From positions 17,213 to 81,212 of the forward strand of contig NW_021833292.1 of NCBI RefSeq assembly GCF_006345805.1: DNA of 64,000 bases, given 5' to 3'. The translations under genes were made by a program, and so were the position numbers. The notes under the pieces were generated by a model. That model was not told where the DNA came from, ran no database searches, and saw only the letters and a list, made by a program, of their open reading frames with translations. This stretch comes from Octopus sinensis (taxonomy: Eukaryota). Shown here in pieces: positions 40,956 through 55,070 of the stretch (position 1 is the stretch's first letter; each line of letters opens with the position of its first letter).

Positions 40956-41219
40956 AAGCGTTGTATAATCAGTTGTAATAATGATTCGAAAACAGCAGCA
41001 ACATCAACGAAGAAGATTCTATGCAGGTAATGTGCCTTCTAGAAAAAGCGACGAAATATCCATTAAATCACATAATTCCGTCTTAAAACTAGAAAGATAC
41101 ATTGGATAATGCAACTATGGGTATTCCGATGGAGACGGGATGGTTACGGTCGGCTTGGATGTCTTCTGACGAGTTAGCGATGGTCTAGAGTGAACAATAT
41201 CATTTATCAATAGTAAGGC

Positions 41220-41272
41220 CATCACCTCAACTACCATCACTAACACCAACAGCATCAACAACAATATCAATC

Positions 41273-41310
<38 letters not shown>

Positions 41311-42000
41311 GCTACTACTACTACTACTACTACCACTGCTACTGCTACTGCTGCTGCTACCATTCCTAATCCTCCTCCTCCTCCTCCTACTACTACTACT
41401 GATACTACTACCACCTTCTTCCTCCCCTCCTCCTCCTCCTACTACTACAAACCTTCCTCCTCTCCTCTCTCTCCTCCTGCTACTACTAGTACTACTACTG
41501 CTACTGCTGTTGCTGCTGCTGCATCTACTCCTACTATCACCCTTCCTCCTCCTCCTGGTGGTGCTGCTGCTGCTTGCTACAACTACTACTACTGCTGCTA
41601 CTACTACTACTGCTGCTGATGCTACTACTACTACTAGTACTACTACTACTACTACTATACTACTACTACTACTGCTACTACTACTGCTACTTGTGTGATC
41701 AGCGTCAGCATGCTCACCAGTAGTACCACTGATATCAATGCCATCATCGTCATGCTGTCGACCACTAAGTCTACCCTCAGCACCCATCATTACAATGACC
41801 ATCAATCTATTCAGCGCCACCACTTACACCGTCACCACAGCTAACATCAATATCACAACTACTACAACTAACATCAGCGTTGCAGCCACAGAGCAACCGT
41901 CACCTCCAACACCACAACCATCACCACTACAACAACTACTACCACCACCACCACAACCACCACGAATATCCTCCCGACAATCACGACCACGCCAGCAACA
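41220..42000. repeat. Degenerate (ACT/CTG/CCT/ACC)n low-complexity block
   Basis: Directly visible. Confidence 0.85.
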
Positions 42001-42011
42001 AAACCACTACC

Positions 42012-42470
42012 TATTTCTTTAGTACCCACACGGGGCTAAACACAGAGAGGACAAACAAGGACAGACAAACGGATTAAGTCGATTAAGTCGATTACATCGA
42101 CCCCAGTGCGTAACTGGTACTTAATTTATCGACCCCGAAAGGATGAAAGGCAAAGTCGACCTCGGCGGAATTTGAACTCACGACGTAACGGCAGCCGAAA
42201 TACCGCTAATCATTTTGTCCAGTGTGCTAACGTTTCTTATTTCTTTACTGCCCTCAAGGGGCTACACACAGAGGAGACAAGCAAGGACAGACAGACGGAT
42301 TAAGTCGATTATATCGACCCCAGTGCGTAACTGGTACTTAATTTATCGACCCCGAAAAGATGAAAGGCAAAGTCGACCTCGGCGGAATTTGAACTCACGA
42401 CGTAACGGCAGCCGAAATACCGCTAAGCATTTCGCCCGGCGTGCTAACGTTTCTGCCAGCTCGCCGCCTT
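42012..42470 (-). mobile_element. Family B SINE dimer (Deu/Nin-like central domain) with a 12-bp target-site duplication
   Basis: Two tandem units with a junction at ~42237/42238. AAAACCACTACC at 42000-42011 and 42471-42482. The minus-strand core GCCTTTCATCCTTTCGGGGTCGATAAATTAAGTACC resembles the Deu/Nin domain as I recall it. Confidence 0.9.
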
Positions 42471-42844
42471 AAAACCACTACCATCCCGTCAATGACACCC
42501 ACAGTAGCACCACCAACACTTTAACTACCAGCATCACCACCACCACCTACACCACCACGACCACGACCACCACCACCACCACCACCACCACCACTATTAC
42601 CACAACCACCACCATTACCACAACCACGACGACGACGACGACGACGACCACCACCATTACCCACACCCACACCCCCACCACCACCTCACTGCCGCCGCCA
42701 CCGCCAGAGTCACACGTCCAACATTAATCTGGCAATTTGCCTATCTACAACCATGCAATGCCAGGCAATAGAATATATATGCATGCATGTGTGTATATAC
42801 ATACATACATTCATATATATATGTATATATATATGTCTATATAA

Positions 42845-42927
<83 letters not shown>

Positions 42928-43729
42928 CATATACATGCATGCGTAGACATAGCAGAAATGAACAAACCAAAGATGTTATTATATGGAAGTATTTGCAATG
43001 CTTAGAATATGTTGTAGCTTTGGGACATAAACCAGCATTCAGTAGAAATATGAAATATCTTGGAAGTACTCCAAACTCTGCATCATGCTGTATTACAAAC
43101 TGTGCTATATTCTAACATTAGCAACAATACACCGTATTACACGACTTCATTTCATTAAAAAAGCCTTTACATCAGCTCAAGGCCTCAATGCTTTAATGCA
43201 TCGATGCTTCAATGCTTTCAGCTCTTTCTGTTCCATTAAACTATTTACAATAAAAAAAAAACAAAATAGAAAAAAATGAAAAACAATAGCAGCAACGCCC
43301 ACGGCAATCACCAGCGTGGCTAGTGTTTGGACGATAGGGAAAAACAATGTAAAGCCTCCTTCCAAACACCTCATTCATATTCCTTTATCCGTTGACAATA
43401 AATTCTGCCTTAAATCTTATATATTTACGTTACCTTTCCGCGACTAACTAATTATTCGAAATGCGTTGTTTATATAATATTGATACTTGTTAAAACCATG
43501 GCAAGACTCTTAGAGTTCTTATAATTGCATTCATTATTCATAACAGTCAATCACATATGTCTGATCGAGGACTGGGATTTTTTGAGGATTTTTACATCCA
43601 AAATAAATAAATAAATATTTACGCATGAATAAGCTAAAATATACCCATACCACCATGTAGTAGATACTAACAGGAAATATGACTTCTGGGCAAAGAAACA
43701 AAAATCACTTGATTATGCAGACAAGATGT

Positions 43730-43838
43730 ACAGGTACTCCGCCGTTTACGACGACGAGTGTTTCAGGTGATTCGATCAACGGAATAGCTTGCACATGAAA
43801 TTAATGTGAAAGTGGCTGAGCACTCCACAGACAGCTAC

Positions 43839-43897
<59 letters not shown>

Positions 43898-44145
43898 AAG
43901 TAGTAGTAGTAGTAATATTGATAAATGATATTGTTCACTTACATTGTTTCCAGGGAGATTCAGCGTGACACAGAATGTGATAAAGCTAACCCATTGAAAT
44001 TCAGGTACTACTGATTTTGGCTCGCTAAATGTACTAGAATAAAGTGACATAAATGACTTGCTTAAGGACACAACGCGCTGCTGGCTATCGAACTCACGAC
44101 CTTACGATTGTGAGCCGAATGCCTACACCACTAATCCACGCGCCG
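43730..44145 (-). mobile_element. Family C-like SINE interrupted by (TAG)n
   Basis: tRNA-like head at 44145-44070; the 3' part is homologous to 23596-23790. Confidence 0.7.
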
Positions 44146-44349
44146 AAATAAACCAGCAACGTACACTTCTTCAGAAATTGCTTCTTGTTGGTCATTTTTA
44201 GAAAGATTAGATAACCGTCAACTCATTTAAAGATTTGTCCTATTGGACATGCTCCGTTTTACGATTGTGATATGTATAAATCCTTAAAATCCTTAAAAAT
44301 GTTTTTGTCCGAAGGCCGCGGCCATGCTGGGGCACCACCGCTGTATATT

Positions 44350-44550
44350 TACTCTTTTATTCTTTTACTTGTTTCGGTCATTTGACTGGGGCCATGCTGG
44401 AGCACTGCCTTTAGTCGAGCAAATCGACCCCATTACTTATACTTTGTAAGCCTAGTACTTATTCTATCGGTCTGTTTTGCCGAACCGCTAAGTTACGGGG
44501 ATGCAAACACACCAGCATCGGTTGTCAATCGATGTTGCGGGGACAAACAG

Positions 44551-44599
<49 letters not shown>

Positions 44600-44610
44600 A
44601 ACACACACAC

Positions 44611-44689
<79 letters not shown>

Positions 44690-44845
44690 ATTATATATAT
44701 ATATATATAAAACGAGCTTCTTTCAGTTTCCGTCTACCAATCCACCCATGACGCTTTGGTCGGCCTGAGGCTCTAGTAGAAGACACTTGCGCAAGGTGCA
44801 ACACTGTGGGAATGAATCTTGAACCATGTGGTTGGTAAGCAAGCT
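44350..44845 (-). mobile_element. Family A SINE nested in the RTE tandem
   Basis: Homology to 8224-8605. Confidence 0.85.
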
Positions 44846-45220
44846 AAAAAAATTACCCCGAATGTCAAGGCGGCTGAAGTGGAACATGGACACTGACAAA
44901 TAAATCATCAAGCGGGTTGATATGACTGCTGCATAAGGTTGCTAAGAATGGCCAACAAGTTTGAAATGGTAGCAACATATGACAAAGGAATGCCTTTATG
45001 GAAGCCTACCGACAGTTAGAAAGAAAATCAGGCAAAGATGGCTGCGACTGTCAGGTCAATGTGTGCATGAACCTGAACCGGAAGCATCTAAATTAGTCAT
45101 GTGGAACCCACTTTATGGTGATGTAGCAAGAGAAAAACATCGTCGTTTTTCTCTTAAATAAATATATTGTTATATTATATATATAATATATATATATATA
45201 TATTGTAATATATTTATTGT

Positions 45221-45251
<31 letters not shown>

Positions 45252-46009
45252 ATATATATATATATTGTAATATATTTATTGTTATATATATATATATATA
45301 TATATTGTAAATAAATATATTATTAAATAAATAAATATATTGTTATATATATATTGTAAATAAATATTTTGTTAAATATTTTCTCTTTAAATAACCAATA
45401 AAAAATTGCGTCTTATTGGTTATTTTCCGAAAGATGACATAACCGTCGGAGCATCTGCAGTATTGCCATATTGGACTTGCCCCATTTTACAAATATGATG
45501 TATATATTTGGTAAAAATTACCTCGAATGTTGATGAAGCTGAAGTGGAATATGAACACTAACAGAGAAATTATCAAACAAGTTAAGTGACTGCTGCACAA
45601 GGATGCTATGAATGGCCCTAATTGTGAAGTGGTAGCAATATATGACAAAGGAATATCTTTATGGAAACCTGCCGAAAGTTAGCAAGAAAATCAGGCAAAG
45701 ATGGCTGCGACTGTCAGCTCAAAATGTGCGTCACCCTGAACATAAAGCACCAAAATTAGTCATGTGGAACCCACTTTATGGTGATGTAACAAGCAAAAAC
45801 GTCGTCGCTACTTCAGAAATTGCTTCTTATTGGTTATTTTCAGAAAGAGGACATAACCGTCGGCTCATCTGAAGTTTTGTCCTATTGGACATGCTCCAGT
45901 TTACGAATATGGTGTATATATTTGGTAAAAATTACCCCGAATGTTGATGAAGCTCAAGTGGAATATGAACACTGACAAACAAATTATCAAACAAGTTAAG
46001 TGGCTGCTG

Positions 46010-46219
46010 TTGTAGTTGTTAAGCAACAAGACGGGTAAGAGTGATTAGGTGATAGTCTTGGGCTTAGGGGTGGGAGACCCCAGACCTTGGAAAAAAAAAT
46101 TTGGCCGTCTTGTTGTACTCGAGGGCTCTTTGTTGACGACCGACACCACTGGGAGGTGGCCCTTGATGTCGCTGGAAATGGAGATCTCCATGTCCAAATT
46201 CTTGAACGGCTTACGTAGA
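46010..46219 (-). mobile_element. Short retroposon inserted in RTE copy 3 with a 5-bp TSD (TGCTG)
   Basis: TGCTG at 46005-46009 and 46220-46224; the uninterrupted copy 2 reads GTGACTGCTGCACAAGG. Confidence 0.8.
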
Positions 46220-46994
46220 TGCTGCACAAGGATGCTACGAATGGTCCTAATTGTGAAAAGTCATACCTTTATGGAAACCTGCCGAAAGTTAGCAAGAAAA
46301 TCAGGCAAAGATGGCTGCGACTGTCAGGTCAAAGTGTGCGTCACCCTGAACCGGAAGCACCCGAATTAGTCTTTTGGAACCCACTTCATGGGGATGTAAG
46401 AAGAGAAAAGCTTCATCTTTCTCACATAAAAAAATTGATCGCTGACACTGGTGCAGAATGTATCCAGGACCTTGAGGCAGTGATGATGAACCGAAAAGTG
46501 TGGCAGATTCGAGTTGTTACCACAGCCGGGATTGGAACCCGGTCGCAATAAAATAATAATCGACCATACTTTAAATACTGGTTCCCATGGGACATCATTA
46601 AATCGTAAGGACCCACTCCAACGACCCCCCCCCCCAAAAAAAAAAGAAAAAACAAACCCTTGTCGTGCTTTTTGATCGGCTGAAATACTTGTTTCAAAGA
46701 ATGTTTCCGATAAAGTGAGTACGTGATTGCTACTTTCGTTAAATGTTAAATATTTTCACTACGCTGAAGCCAACTAATTGAGCGCAGACTGATAAACATT
46801 GCAACACATAACTCGTGATCTACTATATACCTGAAGACAGGAATTCAAACATGTGATTTCTCTCTCCTTCAGTCTCTTTCTCTCTCTCTCTCTCTCACTC
46901 TCTCTCATTTTGTACGCCACATGTATGTGTATACCTAGCAACTTACCTATCAGTAAACATACACGCACATATAATAAATATATCTACGTTTAGG

Positions 46995-47048
<54 letters not shown>

Positions 47049-47121
47049 TATCGATATAGATATAGAATATACTATATTTATATATATATATACACCAATA
47101 TATATATATATATATATATAA

Positions 47122-47160
<39 letters not shown>

Positions 47161-47791
47161 TATATGAATAGAGATGATGCATATGGTTACGTAGTATATA
47201 TATATATATACACACACACATACATGTATATCTTATATATATATATGTACATATATGTGCATACATATATATTGATATATATATATATATATATATATTA
47301 GATATACATACATATACATACATACATATACATACATACACACACACGTGTATATATATACATACATATATATATATATATAAATATATATATACATACA
47401 TACATATATATATATATACACATATATATTTATATATATACATACATATATATATAACAACATATGCAGCTACTTAGACGCATTACGATGAGCGACAACT
47501 GTTGTCCGAAATATTACTGTCATATTGGCATACTATATAGATGTAAGCAGAATAACTCATTGAAGCTAATGCCATAGGAGTGTGTAATCAATAAAATGTC
47601 GTTTTCTGTTTTGTAAGTGGAATTGCTTTTTACAGTTTATTACAAAACATCCTCAGGCTAGCCACACAGAAACTCGTGATTCCTGATTAATGTTTATGCA
47701 TCAGTGTGAGTGACTTCACGTTATGTATGTATGCATATATATATGTATATGTATATGTGTGGTATGTATCTATGCATATATAGCATATATG

Positions 47792-47830
<39 letters not shown>

Positions 47831-47833
47831 GCT

Positions 47834-47865
<32 letters not shown>

Positions 47866-48644
47866 ATAATAATATATTATACATCTATCTATCTGTTAGT
47901 CTCTCTCTGCCTGTGTCTCTGTCTATCAATCTATCTAATCTATCTATTTATCTACCTATCTATATATATATACACTGTCGACGCTTGTATGTACTTATTG
48001 ACGTAGTTTCACTTTAGAGTCCCATTAAAGCTTGTTGCTTTTAAGGATAGTAAGAGCCCTTGATATTAATATATAAATACATACATACATATTCGAATCT
48101 AATATTTGTTTCAGTCAGTTGACTGCAGCCATGCTGGAGCACCGCCTTTAGTCAAGTCGACTCAATGACTTATTCTTTGTGAGACTTGTACGTATCATAT
48201 CGATCAGTTTTTCCGAACCGCTATGTTACGGAGACGTAATCACATCAAAATCAGTTGTCAAGTGATGATAGAGAGACAAACACAGACACACAAACACACA
48301 CACACTCACAAACACACACACTCACACACACACACACATATGACGTACTTCTCTCAGTTCCCGAATGAATTACAAAAACATGGATTACGAAGGCAACCTT
48401 GGGTATGCGAACAACGAGAGAAATAAATGGAAACAAGACAAGTAACATAAGGAACGACCCTTCATCACTTGACGGCTGTTCATCTACTCCACATTTCAAG
48501 CAATTAACGACAATATGAGGCTTCGAAAAACAGTTGCCACCTCGAACCGAAATAGAATGTGGGATTTTGCGGAGGGTCAATGTTAGTAACAAATACAGGA
48601 CTGTGTCTGTCCATATATATATATATATATATCTATATGTATAT

Positions 48645-49018
48645 ACTCTTTTACGCTTTTACTTGTTTCAGTCATTTGACTGTGGCCATGCGGGAGCACC
48701 GCCTTTAGTCGAGCACATCGACCCCAGGACTTATTCTTTGTAGGCCTAGTACTTATTCTATCGGTTTCTTACGGGAACGTAAACAGACCAGCGTCGGTTG
48801 TCAAGCGATGCTGCAGGGACAAACATAGACACACACACACACACATATATACATACGACGGGCTTCTTTCAGTTTCCGTCTACCAAATCCACTCACAAGG
48901 GTTTGGTTGGTCGGAGGCTATAGAAGAAGTGACTTGTCCAAGGTGCCACGCAGTGGGACTGAACCCGGAATCATGTAGTTCCTAAGCAAGCTACTTACCA
49001 TAAAGTCACTCCTACGCC
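48645..49018 (-). mobile_element. Family A SINE, full length (a further 3' half at 48105-48300)
   Basis: Homology to 8224-8605. Confidence 0.9.
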
Positions 49019-49839
49019 CCTTGTATATATATATATATATATAGAGAGAGAGACAGACAGACAAAGCAAATCACTTACACGTATTAGATACACAGTATTA
49101 GGATAAAATAAAGATCTACGCTAAAATTCTTATTCTGTAAATGCCTTTTTTCTTTTCTTTAAATTCATATCTAGCTTCACTGTGAAAAGTATGAACAATG
49201 ATCAAACGAAATGTCTTTATTTTTCACTATTGCTTTGTATACAGCGAAGGTGACCTGTTTCAATATATTCCGCATTTCTTAGTTTATCAAAGATAGTTAA
49301 TTCATTGCTTATACTCTTAAGAGATTAGTAGCTAATAGTTATTTACTGTCAGTACAAAGTAGAACAGAATTATAGTATTGTGTCCTATCATGCATAATAT
49401 CTCTTAACTTATTTCTTTGAACTTCTGGCATGCTGTGGCATCTCTTTAATTAAGGGTTTTGTCGGACAACTCTTACTTGAGGGATTTAGTCGAAAAAAAT
49501 CAACCCCAGTATTTCTTTTCAAGTCTTTAACTTATTCTGTCTGTTTTTTGTCGAACGGTTAAAAAAACAAGAGCTTAAAGAAACACCGGAAGTCAAGCGG
49601 TGGATGGGACAGACACAAAGACACACGCATACATACACATAAACGCACATACGCATTTTCACGTATATATAAACATAAAGACAAGAGCTGTGTGAGGTGA
49701 ATATATAGTTATTCAATCCCGTGATTTTTATAGGACTAAGGTTATACGATTCTCTGTATCCACATATTACTTATTCGCACGCACACACGCACACATACAC
49801 ACACACATATATATAAATATATAAATATATAAATATATA

Positions 49840-50221
49840 TCTCTCTATATATAAACGGCAGTTTGTCTGTGCGTTTTCTGTGTGTCTGTTTTCTCGTACC
49901 CTCACTCTGACCACGGCTTTCAACCGATTCTGATGAAACTTGACACACACATAGCCCAATGTCATAATTCAAAACTAACGCAGCGAAAATTTTGAAAAGT
50001 TCCCCCAGTTCTGAAAAAATCGATAAATTCGACATGGGGTCGAGAATCAGAAACCCAAACCACAGACCGTCTAGGGGACGCAACTCCACCTTTTTTAACT
50101 CTCAAAAAAAATTTACCATCATTTTTTTTCCATTTTTTGCTATTTTTTGGCTATAACTCTCTAAAAATGCTTTATAGTTATTTCCCTTACAAACCTGAGC
50201 AACGCCGGGCGATACTGCTAG
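49840..50221 (+). mobile_element. Complete non-autonomous Helitron (382 bp)
   Basis: Inserted between A (49839) and T (50222). Starts TCTCTCTATATATAAA, ends CTAG, with a subterminal GC-rich hairpin CCTGAGCAACGCCGGG (50194-50209). Confidence 0.85.
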
Positions 50222-50667
50222 TATATATATATATATATATACATATGTATGTACATATATGCATGTATTCAAATATATATATATATATAAATATATGTGT
50301 ACAAATATATATTATACATATATGTAAATATATATATTTGAATACATACATACATGTCTTGCAAACAACTTGCACATGCAAGTGCTACCAGTTAAAAGCT
50401 CCGTATATCGGAAGCTAGCAAGTGTATGGAGTCATCAGGAGAGAATGCTCGCCGTTTCAGGGCCTACCTCTCGACGGCATCAATGCGCACAGGCCCATCT
50501 CACTGATATGAAGCCCCGCTTGCTAGATCAGCTGGTTATGAAGAACTCAATATACTTCTAGCCATCGCTCATCGTCTCTTTTTAACCAAATACACCCATA
50601 TGTATATATACATATATGTGTATGTATGTGTGTGTACGTATGCAACTTTAAACAGTATATATATATA

Positions 50668-50835
50668 TGGAGAATTCACAAAAAAAAAGACAGGTGGTGT
50701 AGACAACAAACAGATGTATTAGTATAACTTTCGGGAAGGGAAAATGTCTTTAACGTTTCGACCCTACGCCCTTTCACAGAAAGGAACACAGAAAGAAACA
50801 AGGAACGGAAATAAAGAATGTATAGTGGCTAGCAA
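50668..50835 (-). mobile_element. Family D element, degenerate
   Basis: The minus strand reads CTTT-CTGTGAAA-GGGC-GTAG-GGTC-GAAAC-GTT-AAAGAC. Confidence 0.65.
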
Positions 50836-51409
50836 CACACATAAATACTGTGTAAACATACATACAAACGCACTCACATACATATATGTACAGGACGGGC
50901 TTCATTCACCTTCCTTCAACTAAATTCACTCACAAGGCGTTGGTGGGCCTGTAGCTAAGAAAAAAAAAAAGAAAATTGCACAGGTGCTGCTCAGACCTCG
51001 AAACCGTACCTTCAGAAAGCAACCTCCTACGTCTGCTGCATTAGTGCGAACAATGAAATTTGAATTAATTAACTGAAGCACAGCAGTATATTATGATAAA
51101 TGAGACTAAAATTAATCATACCGACACTTGTCATGTTTTGCTACTACTTTCATCCAATGTTATAAACAATATGAACGGTTATCCACCTCCATTATTTCTA
51201 TTGCTAGGAAAATGAGGAATGGAAATCTGAAGAAGCTGTAATAAATTCTGAGACAATTAAATCTATATTTTTTCTTGTAGAAGAAAATATTTGCTTAAAC
51301 CAGAATATCTATATTTCAGAACCAGACAAAGAACGCGTAGTCATGAAAAAAATTTACTTGATTCTGTCTCAATATTTAACGAACTATGTTTTACAAAAGT
51401 TAATAACTT

Positions 51410-51443
<34 letters not shown>

Positions 51444-51444
<1 letters not shown>

Positions 51445-52551
51445 AGTGTCGCGTTGCTCTCAAGCAACTCTGCCGTCCTGGGTCGACCTTAAGTGACTTC
51501 AACACAACCAAAGCATTCTATAGGGGTTTAGTGGAGGGGAGGTACGACGACGAGCTCGGGGCGAACCTGGACGTCGACGAGGAGTACCTGACCCGCCTGT
51601 TCGGGACGACTTTCGGGCCAGGGCCCATGGACAACTTCCAGAGATCCCTGGCCTGGCAGTGCTACCGAGAAGCGCTACCCGTTCGGGATAAGCTCTACAG
51701 ACACGGCTCGAGAAACACGGGGCCGACCTGCCCGAGATGCGGTCAGAGCGACGAAACCGTTCTGCACGCACTCGTTCAGTGTCCAACAATTTCCGACCTG
51801 TGGGCTTATGTCGAACAACTGCTGTCACGTGTGGGACGAGTCGGTTTATCAGCTGAGTCTATCGTCAATATTGTCACGCCTCCTTCCTTCAAACGGGAAG
51901 GAAGAGCTATTTTCATCATCCTTGTGGCTATGGCGAAAGAATGTATCTGGTGGACGCGTCTGAAAGGATTGGAGACAAACACTTTCCTCTCTGGTCAATC
52001 TCTCATCAACTTCTTCAAGTACCACTTGAAAAGGAAAGTGAGAGTAGAGAGGCAAGTTTTGTCTAGCGAATGTTTTAAAAAAAGATGGGTGAATGTAGCA
52101 AGAATGGCACGTATGAATGACGAAGCCACCTTGAGCATAGTCCTATGAACCCACAAATCGAAAACAGAGAGTTGCTTATTTGCAAAAAAAAAAAAAAAAA
52201 AAAAAAAAAGAAATATAAAATGTGACTTCATTGACCGAGGTTACCGTGGTCTTTTCCGCAGGCTTTTCTTTCCACGGGTAAACCTCACCTGTCCTCCCCT
52301 TTACACTTCATATTGACATTTCTGTGATAACGATCCCTATTGATCATTTTTTTTTCCTCTCCCCCCCCCCTTTTTTTTTTTTTTTTTTTTTTAACCCCCC
52401 TTATTTTTGTCCTCTTTCTCTCCTTTTACGATCCCTTTTGATCGAACCTCCCCCTTCCTTTTTTTTTTTTTTTTTTTTTAATACCTTCAAAAGAAAAGCT
52501 CTACCTTGTAATTTGTTCTATCTGTGTGCAGCCCTGTGTGGCTAATAAAGA
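51444..52551 (+). mobile_element. 5'-truncated L1-clade (Tx1-like) LINE: ORF2 C-terminal zinc-finger region plus 3' UTR, inserted in (TCTA)n
   Basis: Uninterrupted ORF to 52148 with CPRCGQSDETVLHALVQCP and K..IW..R motifs. GC rises abruptly at 51444. 3' end AATAAAGAAA; (TCTA)n on both sides. Confidence 0.9.
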
Positions 52552-52554
52552 AAC

Positions 52555-52555
52555 A

Positions 52556-52602
<47 letters not shown>

Positions 52603-52616
52603 ATATATATATATTC

Positions 52617-52681
<65 letters not shown>

Positions 52682-52693
52682 ATTATCAATCCG

Positions 52694-52738
<45 letters not shown>

Positions 52739-52747
52739 GTATCTATC

Positions 52748-52811
<64 letters not shown>

Positions 52812-52850
52812 ACCTACCTATCATCTTTCTACCTATCTATCTACCTATCT
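52555..52850. repeat. (TCTA)n microsatellite
   Basis: Directly visible. Confidence 0.95.
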
Positions 52851-53494
52851 ATATTTGTTTATGCATGTGAGTGTGTATGTATATGTAAATATGTGTTTAT
52901 ATATATGTGTGTATGCTTATATACATACATACATACATACATACATACATACATACATACATACACGGAGATACATATGGTGTCTCATATATTTCTTTAT
53001 GTCTTGTTTGCTTACAAATGGCTGCTCTATTTCTGTTTAGCCATTTAGAGGTTTGCCAAATAAATTGATAGATTTCGATTAAAATATGCAGTGGGGTCAG
53101 GCTGATCAAGAGAAGGACAGACTACAAAATGTGGGTGTATGTATATATACACACACATGTATGTTTATATGTATATTTATATATAGCATACATAGACGCA
53201 TACATATACATACACATATATATACTTACATTCATTTGTGAAATACACACATGCAGGTCTTTTTCTCTATATACGTAGATATATGCTCAAAGTGCAGCCA
53301 ATGTATTCAGTATAGGATTGCAAAAATTATTAGGTCCTCTTGTAGCATTTTAAATAAATTTACTTGAAGGAAATGACGAATAATTAAAATTCATATGTAA
53401 ATATCGTACGTCCGTATATGTAAGTACTTGCATGCGTATATGAGTTTGCATGTTTACATATATATATGTGTATATTATATATATATATACATAT

Positions 53495-53660
53495 GGCGCA
53501 GGAGTGGCTGTGTGGTAAGAAGCTTGCTTCCCAACCACATGGTTCCGGATTTAGTCCCACTGTGTAGCACCTTGAGCAAGTGTCTTTTACTATAGACTCA
53601 TACGGACTAAAGCCTTGTTAATGGATTTGGCAGACGGAAACTGAAAGAAGCTCGTCATAT
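53495..53660 (+). mobile_element. Family A SINE, 5' half
   Basis: Begins GGCGCAGGAGTGGCTGTGTGGTAAG. Confidence 0.85.
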
Positions 53661-53805
53661 ATATATATATATTATATATACTTTCGGTATTCAAGTACTT
53701 TATTTCCTACCTCGTTTTGCATTAATTTGCTTACTCGTGCGTGCGTATGTGTGTGTATACATAGGCATTTATTTGTTTGAACGGGCGTGCATTTATTTCA
53801 TTTAC

Positions 53806-53940
53806 CGTTTCTTTTCCACGCTAACATCGCTAAGACACGAATAACTCTCTGAAGTATGGTTTTTACTGTGGGATGAATTTTATGTGGCGAAACTTTGCCT
53901 GCGTTACATATAACGGTTTTATATTCCGTGCATTTTAGAA
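53806..53940 (-). CDS. Candidate exon xLKCTEYKTVICNAGKVSPHKIHPTVKTILQRVIRVLAMLAWKRN(G)
   Basis: Acceptor GTGCTTCCTTCTGCAG, donor GTAAAT; only one frame open over 135 nt. Phase 1 to 1 with an ...N-G| end, as in the PLXDC IAP...DNG exon, but residue similarity is weak. Confidence 0.4.
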
Positions 53941-54058
53941 CTGCAGAAGGAAGCACGATATATTAACAAGGAAATGTTAAGAAATTTCATAAGTTACAAT
54001 GCGACTACGATGTATACTTAACATGTTCAAATTCATTCATCTTCGTCATGATATAAAT

Positions 54059-55070
54059 ATACGAGGTGCGTTCCAGAGGTTTTGAGACTTTCTTAGGGAG
54101 GTTGATAAAACTATCCTAGACAATTGTAATCGTTCGCCAAATCGCGGTTCACCTATCGCGTTTCAACTGTCGCGGTTTATTATTTAAGGTTATGTCGAAT
54201 CCTCCGCGGTGTTGCTTTGCATTTATAATAAAATAAATATATACAAATTATAAAAAATTGATAAAAAAATTATAAAGTACAGTATTGTTTCTCCTTCGCG
54301 GATTTTCACATATCGCGTTGTGTTTTGGAACGTACCAGCCGCGATAGTCGAGGGATTACTGTATATCATTACTATACAACTAATAATCTGACTTGGCAGC
54401 GTTTTATTCCAGTTTAAAGACGGCTAACACAACACTTTGAACACACGCTACTAATCACTACTTGTCACAGCTGAGTGGTTTCCAGAATGCAAGTGGGACG
54501 TAAAGAAAATTTGGAAGCTCTTTATGCAATTAAGTTGTTAACGTTAAAATGGGGAAATCCGTGGCAGAAACTTATAGAATCCTCCAGACTGCTTATGAAG
54601 AAGAGCTTCAAGAACAGTAGAGAGGAAGTATGAAGCATTGAGTGCTATGGGAGGAAGACGACAACTGAGTACTACAGCCGGTTAAAGAAATTCGGCATTC
54701 TCTGAATGAAGAGCTTAATGTTTCCATATTAACAATAATCAACCAGTTTGGAATGGAGTGGCAACTGTACACAGAATTATTCATGAAGATCAGGAAATAC
54801 GCAAAGTCTTCCAGGATGCTCAGTGATGAGCATTTGAGAGAAATGGGCACAAAATCTCCCCTCACTCACCCTGCACTCCTGATCTTGCTCCCTATGAGCT
54901 TTGTTGGTTTACTAAATTGGGGGAAACACATAGGGAAAGTCAGTTTGAAGGTGAAGGAGAGTGTGATAAAGATCATGGAAAAAATTCACTTTTGTGGAAT
55001 TCCATGGTGTCTTCTCTGAAGATATGACAATCCTAGACTGGACACTAGAGTCTTGTACTTCTTTGAAATT
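54059..55070 (+). mobile_element. Degenerate mariner transposon with a nested Tigger/pogo-like MITE (54121-54364)
   Basis: Left TIR TACGAGGTGCGTTCC...GAGACT; relic frames KMGKSVAETYRILQTAYEE and HP..SPDLAP. The nested element ends CGCGATAGTCGAGGGATTACTGTA. Confidence 0.75.

Larger units (their letters stand above)
44160..46560 (+). mobile_element. Tandemly triplicated, degenerate RTE-like LINE 3' fragment (~414-bp unit) with nested insertions
   Basis: LYG(N/S)LP(K/T)V(S/R)KKIRQRWLRLS...(L)VMWNPL(Y/H)G appears three times (ORFs at 44979, 45642 and within 46219-46551). The unit marker TAACCGTC is at ~44212, 45440 and 45854. Confidence 0.8.

Noticed and set aside
50370-50561. Locally GC-richer unique segment with short ORFs
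   Set aside because: No consistent splice sites with an open frame and no recognisable motif.
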